Source: Lophium mytilinum
Lineage: Eukaryota
Length of the DNA stretch: 64,000 nt
Direction: 5' to 3'
Assembly (NCBI GenBank): GCA_010093605.1
Contig: MU004184.1
Coordinates: 1,188,801 to 1,252,800 of the forward strand
The notes under the pieces were generated by a model. That model was not told the DNA's origin. It searched no databases and was given only the letters and a program-made list of their open reading frames with translations. The position numbers and the translations under genes are program-made. Below, one piece after another: positions 55,102 through 64,000 of the stretch; the first letter of the stretch is position 1, and every line of letters begins with the position of its first letter.

Positions 55102-55996
55102 ATTTGCGGTATTGGTGGCTACTACTGTGATGGTGTTGGGGTTTGCTTTTGAGTGTCTTCGAAGTTGTCCTCTGGAGTCTTTCTGGGGAGTGACGAGGGA
55201 GCGCACGCGATGGGTTTTGGCTGCCAGGCGAGGGTCTGACGCGCGAGTTTAGTACGAGCTGTTATCGTCCTGTGTGTGAAGGATAGACAGGCGCTTTGGT
55301 GCGAGCAGAATTGAGAGCAATGGTGCTACGGGGGTAGTAAGAGAGATGTGTGGGACGCACAGAGTGTGTCACGGCAGATTTGGAATGCGGGAAGCTGCAA
55401 GTACTACCCTTGCTCGGGCCCCACGGCACGCTGTGGGCAGTGTGGCCCGACAAGCTTATTCTATCGCGTTGGATTGAGCTTGTCGAGCTTGCAGTGGTCG
55501 GGTTGTCGTTCATCGGGTAGGTGAATGTCACGTGGTGAGAGGTATTGAGCAAGTTCTTTTGCCCCTGATTGGCGGATTTGCCTTGATTCTCCGAACGCCA
55601 CCACACAAAGCGCTAGGGACGGGCTTGTATCAACTGCATGCCACCAGATCATGACAATGCGCCGATGCACTCGTCGAACCGGCAACCCGAATTAGAAGCA
55701 GGCGTGCCCATCTAAGCTTTCCCGTGTGTGCGGGCTCGCGGCACATATCATGTACATGCCTGGCGGGAACGCTTCTGGCACTTCACATCACTTGCCCCTC
55801 GTCCTCACACGCCTTCGTTTCGCGCCGTGACACTGACACCCCTACTATCGCCGTTGGATTATCCATGGATGGCATAGCTGGCTAGACGTCTACTCCCTCT
55901 TCCCTCGCACTTGAGTTGATCAAGGCCTCGAAACTCTCCAAGAGCTTCTGGCCATACTTTTGATTTTCCGCATTTCCACCCTCAAAATTATCCAAG
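55102..55996. promoter_or_regulatory. Bidirectional promoter shared by Ctr and metalloreductase, with CuRE-like motifs
   Basis: Head-to-head ATGs 895 bp apart; TGAGCAAGTT 55546-55555 and CGAGCAGA 55302-55309. Confidence 0.55.
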
Positions 55997-58167
55997 ATGG
56001 ACATGGATATGACAATGGGGAGCATGTCCATGGGGGGACTGCCAAAGCTGCTCGACTTCCCATCCTTTTATTGGGCTGTTGTTGGAACGGCCATTGGGAT
56101 AGCAACTTTTGTCAACTTCTTTAATTATATCATATACCGTCAGAGGTAAGTCACCTCCCTCCTAGATGACAAAAAATTGTAATTGACAATCAAAGGCTAT
56201 CAGCAGCTAGCAATGGCAACGCAAGACCTGCAAAGCCGACATCTTTCCTCGCTAGGACGTATGCTACTATCACTGCCATAACGCGAGAAGCGTCGAATGC
56301 TTCAGTACGAATCCCCTCCAAAGGACGCGTCTTTAAGTTACCAACGGTTGGCCGGACCAGCTTGGTAGTCGGCAATGTTGTTCTTCTTGTCGTTCTCTCA
56401 TTTTACGGACTCGATGTCAAAGACCGGTGGAAGTATGAAGATATTGGCTACCGGACCGGATTTGTGAACATGGCCCAGCTCCCGTTGATTTTCTTGCTCG
56501 CTGGAAAGAACAACATCATCGGATTCCTCTCTGGGATTAGCCACGAGAGACTGAACTGGTTGCACCGCTGGGCTGCCCGATGTCTTCTCTTCACCACCAC
56601 GATCCACATGGGCTACTTCTTTGCAGATTGGGCGCCTTACGATTACATCATCCCCCAGATCAAATCAGCACCTTTGGTGAAGGAGGGCGTGATTGCTTGG
56701 GCTGTGCTGCTTTGGATGGTCGTCAGCTCCATGACGCCGATCCGCGGGTTGTACTATGAAGTGTTTGTCATCCAGCATCTCGCGTCGTTCGCTGTGTTCC
56801 TCTACTTTGTGTACAAACACACACCTGCAGAGGTCCACGTTTACATCTGGATACCCATTGGAGTCTTCGTCTTCGACCGCGTGACACGGGGTTCATCGGT
56901 AATATACACAAACCTATCCCTCTTCCACCCTAAGCAACGGAAAGCTGGGCAGATGTCTGGACTTTGGGCGTGCAAGGCTGAGTTCACGCCTCTTGCACAC
57001 GATACTACAAGGATTACAATCAACAACCCGCCAATTAGCTGGTCCCCTGGCCAGCACGTTTTCCTGTCCTGTCACTCTATCGTTCCACTCCAAAGTCATC
57101 CATTTACCGTCGCCTCGATTCCAGAGGACGGCAAGATGGAGTTCCTTGTAAAGGCAGAGAAAGGCGGTACAAAACGATTCTTCAAGCATGCGGAGAAGTT
57201 GAGCGGGTTACCTAGTGCGTCTCCAAATGCCAAGCCAAAGGTAAAGAGCGTTGCTATCGAAGGTCCGTATGGCTGCCTTCGACCTCTACGGCAATTCGAC
57301 AGCGTCGTGCTACTAGCCGGTAGCACCGGAGCAACATTCACCATCCCACTGCTTCGGGACATTGTCCAGGGTTGGAAGGAAGTCTCAACATCGTCCAATC
57401 AGAAACAGTCGATATTCCGTAAACCAAAGGGCGCTGTAACACGGCACATCCGCTTTGTGTGGGTCGTCAAGTCTCGGGGCCAGCTTGGCTGGTTCGCCGA
57501 CCAGCTCTCGGGCGTCTTCGAAGATATCGAGAACCTCAAAGCCCAAGTCAAGGGGTTGGACGTTGATATGACTATATACGTCACTTGCGACAACTCGTTC
57601 ACAGAAGAACACAAATCGCTCTTGTCAACAGTGAGAGCTCCGGTCAAAACGAACTACCGGGGTGCCGTGGAGATGGTGGAGGGCGACGGAGACGAGAAGT
57701 CCGGATTGAAATACGACGAGCAAAACGGTGCACGGGAAGTCGGCTCAGAAACCTCGTCCCTCAGGAAGCCTACACAGCAGACATCATGTGGACCAAACGG
57801 CGAATGTTGCTGCAGAGACACCGTCGAAAGCGAAGACATAATCGGCCCCGCGACCTGCTGCTGTTGCTCATCACCCCCTGCCACGACTGATCGCACACAA
57901 TCGGCGGTCTCGTCAATTACCAAGGGGTCAGCACAGCAATTGCTCCATCCCAGCATCGCCGTCATCAGCGGTCGGCCGCAGTGCCACAGTGTAATTCGCA
58001 AGATGCTAGAGCAGGCGCTGGGCGAGAGCGCGGTAGTCGTTTGCGGGCCACAAGGCCTTGTAGCCGACGTCAAGCAGAGTGTAGTGGCCTTGAGCGATGA
58101 GCGGGCGGTGCACAAGGGTACGGGGGCACAGGGAATCTATCTGCACACGGAGTCCTTTGGATATTGA
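55997..58167 (+). CDS. Ferric/cupric reductase (FRE family)
   Basis: Exon 1 MDMDMTMGSMSM..., intron 56146-56195, heme His in LHRWAAR, IHMG, IQH and YKH, FAD motif HPFTVAS, NADPH motifs EGPYG, LLAGSTGATF, WVVK, VVVCGPQGL and HTESFGY. Confidence 0.95.
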
Positions 58168-58933
58168 TATTAATGTTGATGCAGCACGCTGGAACTGATG
58201 TACTAGGCGTTTGGGATTCGGTTTAATGCATTGGGCGGCGTTATTGCATTCGGGGATACGGGACTCTGCGCTATGATATCCGTCGAGTGAATAGAAACAA
58301 GAGCTTTGTTACCCATATATCTGAAGACTTTGTTGCAAAAGCCTTCCGGTAATATAGCTATACCACGTACTTCTATTGATTTTATAGTCTTGAACTGTCC
58401 AAAAGTCGATCATTTCGAAGTATCGATTAGCTAGCCATACTGCGCTGCCTCGGCGGCGTTATCCTCAAGACTTATGAACAGCTTCGTAACCGACTGGAGT
58501 CGTTTGTTACGTTTGTCAGCTTTGTAATCGGGTTCTGTGCCTTCGGGAGCGGATTCTCCAAGACATCCGATAATCCCTGCCGCTGGTCAAAGCTTCAATA
58601 GCTTCAACATTTTGCTTGTCAACATTGGAAATCCACTGCGAATTGCGAGGAGTTGCTAAGCTAAACTGACTCCAAGACTCCTTCGGCAAGGTAATAGGTA
58701 CAGCTATAAGGCCACCCACTACGTTAGCCTCAACTCATCTGACTAACCCTTGGTGCTGACCTTCACTAATTTGTTGATCCTTCCTGCCGCGCTTCGGGCC
58801 CCCTCAACTCCACTGCTAATATAAAACGGCATCCCCCCCAACAGCAAACGCTGCTTGTACCACCATCCTCCTCAACACCACACAGCAAGCCCCAACTACA
58901 GCCCCACTACCTACCACCCATCAATCGCACAGC

Positions 58934-60133
58934 ATGTCTGCTCGAACAGTCCTAGTGATTGGAGGTAGCTGGGCCGGTATCAGCACGAGCCATTACGCTC
59001 TCAAGCACATCCTACCGACACTCCCCAAGGACGATAACTTCACCTACAATGTCACGATGGTCACTCCCTCGGAGGAGTTCTACTGGCGAGTTGCAGGTCC
59101 CCGTGCCTGTCTCTCCGGGGAGGCTCTTCCTGAGAGCAAGTACCTGTACCCCATCAAGAAGGAGTTTGCCAAGTATGGCGACAGCTTCAAATTTGTTAAG
59201 GGTACAGCTACGGCACTCGACACCGCCGCCCGCACTGTCACCGTCTCCACTGGCGGCGCTCCCGAATCCATCCCATACTACGCTCTGATCCTCGCCGTGG
59301 GCACCCACACTCCAGCCCCCTTCCTATCCCTCCAGACCGACTCCGACGCTGTGAAGACCGACCTCGACAACTTCCGCAAGGCGCTCCCGAACGCAAAGAC
59401 TATCGTAATTGGAGGTGGTGGGCCTGTCGGCGTCGAGGTCGCCGGCGAGATTGCGGAGTATCTCAACGGCACCGCAGGCTGGTTTGCGCCGGCCAAGCCA
59501 GCTCACCCCAAGGCCCAACTCACCCTTGTCTGCGCCGACAAGAAGCTGCTGCCCGTCCTCCGGGAAGCTCTCGCCAAGACGGCCGAGAAGTATCTCAATA
59601 GGGTTGGCTGTGATGTTGTCTACGGCACCCGCGTTGAGTCCACAACTCAGACTGCCGACGGCAAAACTACTGTCTCTCTCAGCGGCGGCAAGACCCTCGA
59701 AACGGACCTATACATCGACGCCACCGGTGCACGCCCGAACACCGGCTTCCTCCCGAAAACCATCCTCAATGAAAAGGGCTACGTCGATAGCGACAAGACC
59801 CTGCGCGTCACCGCTGCCGGCGAGCGTGTCTACGTCCTCGGCGACTGTGGTTCCTACACCCGTGGCGGCATCATAGATATGTGGGACGCGCTTCCGGTTG
59901 TGGTGGCCAACCTGAAGAAAGATCTCAGCGGCGCTGAAGTACCGGATAAGGAGTACAAGGCCAACCTCACAGAGACCCAGGTCGTACCAGTTGGCAAGAG
60001 CAAAGGCGTTGGTGCTTTCGCCGGCTGGAAGCTCCCCTCGATGATGGTGGTCATGATCAAGGGTAAGGACTATATGGCAAACTTGGCGCCCCCAATTGTC
60101 AGCGGCAAGCAGTGGGACAAGGCTTTCAAGTGA
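58934..60133 (+). CDS. AMID/AIF/FSP1-like FAD-dependent pyridine nucleotide-disulfide oxidoreductase
   Basis: VIGGSWAG (FAD), VIGGGGPVGVEVAGE (NAD), ATGARPNTGFLP, VYVLGD and IKGKDY; intronless. Confidence 0.9.
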   Translation: MSARTVLVIGGSWAGISTSHYALKHILPTLPKDDNFTYNVTMVTPSEEFYWRVAGPRACLSGEALPESKYLYPIKKEFAKYGDSFKFVKGTATALDTAARTVTVSTGGAPESIPYYALILAVGTHTPAPFLSLQTDSDAVKTDLDNFRKALPNAKTIVIGGGGPVGVEVAGEIAEYLNGTAGWFAPAKPAHPKAQLTLVCADKKLLPVLREALAKTAEKYLNRVGCDVVYGTRVESTTQTADGKTTVSLSGGKTLETDLYIDATGARPNTGFLPKTILNEKGYVDSDKTLRVTAAGERVYVLGDCGSYTRGGIIDMWDALPVVVANLKKDLSGAEVPDKEYKANLTETQVVPVGKSKGVGAFAGWKLPSMMVVMIKGKDYMANLAPPIVSGKQWDKAFK

Positions 60134-61238
60134 GTGGGACGGATCCGCTCGAAGTGGTTGGAAAGAGACCCTATTTGAGGGTGTGTTCGGTGGTATGTGG
60201 TAATGTGCTCAGTTATGTCCTGAGCGACATCGAGAAGATGTCAAAAGGGGGGTGGTAGGCGGATAGTGGTCACGATACCCGGTGCGGAGCATTTGGAGTT
60301 TTCCTCGGAAAGGTTCGAGGGGGCCGTTTTGGTCCCTGCTGTGTGCCTCCTGAGCTTTTTAGGAATCCCATAGCATACCTTTGTAGCGCTGGGTTGCTGG
60401 TGCGGGTATACCAATCCGCTGTGATTAGTTTAGAAGGAATTCAGAATCTCCCGAACTCAAGGTGTGCTCTTCGCAAAAAAGATGGCCCCCGGCATGCACT
60501 CATTTGATATGCACTCATTTCGACATGGTAACGGCGTTTGGGGTAGCCCAGCGAGCTCACAGCATGTTCGGAAATGCTAGAGAACAACCTTAGAAGGCTT
60601 ACCGATTTTTCGAAATTTTTCAAAGCATAGGCGAACATACTTTTGAATAGTCTCTAAGAAATAGTCACGGTTTTTGAATCTCTTAGGCGGGAGTCTTCCA
60701 ACTACGAAGGTCAGGAAGATGGTGTCCAATGTGCTGCTATAGAACTTTATAACGTGTGCTAGTCAAGAGTTCATGAATACAGTGCAGTCTTCTTACGCCT
60801 TGAAAATTCACATAGGTGTGCCAAGACAAAATCTATATTGCGTCTAATGCCAGCTTCGCACAGCTTTTGTCCGAAATGGCAAGTCGGTCTTTGGCAAAAC
60901 GCGAGATAACAGGTAGCTTGAGGTATTATACCTCCCGCTCACACTCATCCTGCCATTACAAAATATGTGAGGTCCTCACCTGTGAATGTTAGAATTTAGC
61001 GAGTTGAGGCACACAAACTGTGTGGCCCGGGCAGCCGAAGGCCGATCATCACGAACCAACCTCAGCACCTCGCACCGCCCGCCAGCCTCCATCCTACAAC
61101 TCTCAAGGTACGCCTCACCGCCCTTTCCCTACCTCGCATCGACTCAATCCGATACCCGAGAAGCTTTCTCAAACGTCTCGCTAATTCTCTGCCACGACAC
61201 AGCTCCTCCAACCCTTCTCTTCTTCATCAACCGCAAAT

Positions 61239-62159
61239 ATGGATCAGGCCAAGCTGGCGCGGATGCAGGCTTCGGTGCGAATTGGTGAGTTTAAGCCCAA
61301 GGTTCCATCATCTTGATGGAGTTCCAACGCTGTTCTGTGAGCTTTTGGAGATGAACAATACTAATGCGAGTGACTAGGGTAAGCAACTCTTCCACTCCTC
61401 GAAACTTCGTCTCGAATACCTCCGAATCTCCGACTCCGACTCTACATATCCCTTCGGGACCCTCGAAAATCTGCGGTTGCGGTTCTGGGTTCTATAATGG
61501 AGCGAAGAGGTTGAAGCAGCTTACGAAGTGAAGAGCACGAATGGCTAACGAATCCGGCGTATAGTGGAAAAGGCACCCCGCGCCGGAAGGTTAAGAAGGT
61601 CCACAAGAGCGCTGGCACCGACGACAAGAAGCTGCAGACGAGCTTGAAAAAGCTGAATGTGCAGCCAATTCAGGCGATTGAGGAGGTCAACATGTTCAAA
61701 AGCGACGGGAATGTCATCCACTTTTCTGCGCCAAAGGGTTAGTTTGATTCTTTCCCTACATCTGCTCAGGAAATCTCTAGGGCTGGATGAGCTACAAAAG
61801 GGAGATGTTGGCGAGAGCCGCGGGTCAATGTCTTGAATCCCATCCATGTCGACATACGACGGGCGCTTGCAGAATCTAGATTGCTAACTATCTTCACCAC
61901 AGTCCATGCGTCCGTCCCCGCAAACACCTTCGCCATCTACGGCCAAGGCGAAGACAAGGAGCTCACGGAGCTCGTCCCCGGTATCCTCAACCAATTGGGG
62001 CCGGATTCGCTGGCGTCGCTGCGCAAGCTCGCCGAGAGCTACCAGAGCATGCAGAAGGAGAAGGGCGAGGACGGCGAGAAGGGTGAAGATGATGATGATG
62101 ACGACATCCCGGAGCTGGTCGAGGGCGACAACTTCGAGTCGAAGGGGGAGGTCGAGTAG
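61239..62159 (+). CDS. EGD1: Nascent polypeptide-associated complex beta subunit, with a 1-nt exon at 61378
   Basis: [30 protein letters not shown]...IEEVNMFK...[10 protein letters not shown]...[15 protein letters not shown]; introns 61285-61377, 61379-61564 and 61738-61902. Confidence 0.96.
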
Positions 62160-63472
62160 AGGACGGGATCTAGGTTAGATGCACACATACTGGAACCCAC
62201 AAGTTTGCGCATTGGGGCACTCCAGCAACTTACTGCTGGTAAGGGAAAGCGAAAACTGGGAATATCACCATACTCTTTCTTTCTGGCCTCTCTTAGCTGG
62301 TCCAACCACTGCTCTGCTCTCCTCTAGTTGTGCTCGGTGGTGTATCTAACTTTCAGTGCCTTTTTCGTTCATAGGATGGGTGTTTCTATTGAGCTGATGT
62401 TTTCTTGGCTCAGGCGTTGAACGAAAAAGTGCATATGTTATATTACGCATTCGGAGTCCACGACCACCCTTTCTCACTGCTGCATGGATTCGTTTTGCTG
62501 TTAGCCTCGCTCCGTGAATCCTAACAGCTATTTGACAGAGCAAGTAAAGGGGCATGTTCTTTGAGCGCTCTTAGCATTACTTTTATTTGACTGAGCAATT
62601 ACTCCCAGGTATATATATGTATTGAGGTGTCTCTGCAGCAAGCGTCTTGATGCTCGCAATCAAGTCACTAGTGCAGGGCTGCACCAGATAAAGAGCTCCG
62701 GAAGTCTACCATGGACAACGCGATACACTCTCTTCCATCCGAATCTTCTACCATCCACCTTAATGCTTCGTTCACGCGGTCTAAATGGCCCTTTGCGTTA
62801 ATATGAATGTAGCAGGCTATTATGCTAATTGTATAAGTGTCGAGGTGGCGCTGAAGTGCCGTTCAACTCAGGCGGTAGCTGTGGCGAGGCCGCGTTGTTT
62901 GATGCGTACGTGGACAACAGCCACAGCCTGTTGTGTCAAAGCCTGAAGATGAAGCCTTAGTAGGCATCAGCTTGCGAAATCTGCTATCGGCATTGTTGTT
63001 AGGACTGATGTTGCCGAATTGTCAAGATTGAAATAGCAGCGCCCCGAGATGGTGGGTGACGTTGGAGAGTCAATAACACTCCGTCGCAGGCGAAATTAGA
63101 TACAAGGCCTTTGAGAGAATGTCCAGGGTAGGTATGAGTTTGGGTTAATGGAATCCGACAGACGGGGTTCGACGTCTTGGCAGCTGACTTCAAGTGCGCG
63201 GCTCAAAGCCACAGCTCCACATCCCAGTTGCTGCCCACGCCCAACCTCCAGGTACACCAGCGGCCTTCCCCATTCTTCCGTGGAGCAGTGATTTACCCTC
63301 TCCAGCTAATCATTAATCCACCGCCGACTCGGTCCTCGCTGCTGGCGGCCTCGCATCGCCTGCTCGTTCCATGCGCTGTACCTGCCAGGCCTCACCCCTC
63401 CCGTTCTTCCAACACTCGCCGCAACCCTCGAGATTACCACGTCAGAGACTGTAATCGACCACACTCGACACC

Positions 63473-64000
63473 ATGCCTTCGATACTCAATGACGACGATA
63501 AGCAGACGGTCAAGCGGACCGTGCCCAAAGCTTCGAACAAGATCCATGCCGTCGCCGTTGCGAAGCTCTATGTAGCCTATCCGAACCAGCAAAGATGGAC
63601 ATTCACGGGGCTGCAAGGAGCAGCAGTGTTGGCGAACGATCTGGTCGGGAACACTTTCTGGATCAAGATGGTTGATGTTTCGGTAGGTTGATGAGCAATT
63701 GTATGCTGTACACCGCAAGAGATGTGCTGATAGCCCCAGCCTGCCAACCGTGGAGTGATATGGGACCAAGAAATATATGACTCTTTTTCCTACAACCAGG
63801 ACCGGGTTTTCTTCCATACTTTCGAGCTGGAAGATTGTCTCGCCGGACTGTCATTTGCGGACGAGAAGGAGGCTAAAACGTTCAAGAAGAAGATGGATGA
63901 TCGGGAGAAGAATGCGCATAAAAATACTAAGTCGAAGCCGTTTGGGTCTGCTATGAACACTGCGGCCTCGAATGGAGGCGGGAACGGCGGAGGGAAATCA
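63473..64000 (+). CDS. LAS17: WASP/Las17/Wsp1 homolog, WH1 domain, partial (runs off the window)
   Basis: MPSILNDDDKQTVKRTVPKASNKIHAVAVAKLYVAYP...FWIKMVDVS|..RGVIWDQEIYDSFSYNQDRVFFHTFELEDCLAGLSFADEKEA. Confidence 0.92.

Noticed and set aside
61852..61860. ACATACGAC, like the 5' end of fungal 5S rRNA
   Set aside because: The match stops after 9 nt; the remaining 5S sequence is absent.

Overview
Intron-containing DNA from a filamentous ascomycete (Pezizomycotina; black-yeast/Eurotiomycetes-like is only a guess). Most of the window is core genes: POL31, BUD23, SVP26, INSIG, eIF2-gamma, M20 peptidase, RAD1/XPF, ATG1, SEC59, ARG5,6, RRP43, EGD1 and LAS17. Accessory or decayed material is interspersed: RIP-like AT-rich relics (1-1236, ~22.7-23.2 kb, ~26.3-27.2 kb), a 5'-truncated HET gene, an O-methyltransferase pseudogene and a pseudogenised secreted Cys-rich peptidase-like gene. 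The strongest candidate system is a compact copper-acquisition cluster at 52.8-58.2 kb. It joins a GPI-anchored Bim1/X325 His-brace protein, a Ctr transporter and a divergently transcribed cupric/ferric reductase, with Mac1-type motifs in the intergenic DNA. Also notable are a spliced DUF262 (GmrSD-N/ParB-like) gene between two RIP relics, an obligatory 1-nt exon in EGD1, and a RIP-killed gene for an unrecognised 50-aa Trp-rich repeat protein. All calls come from reading the sequence by eye; no searches were run.
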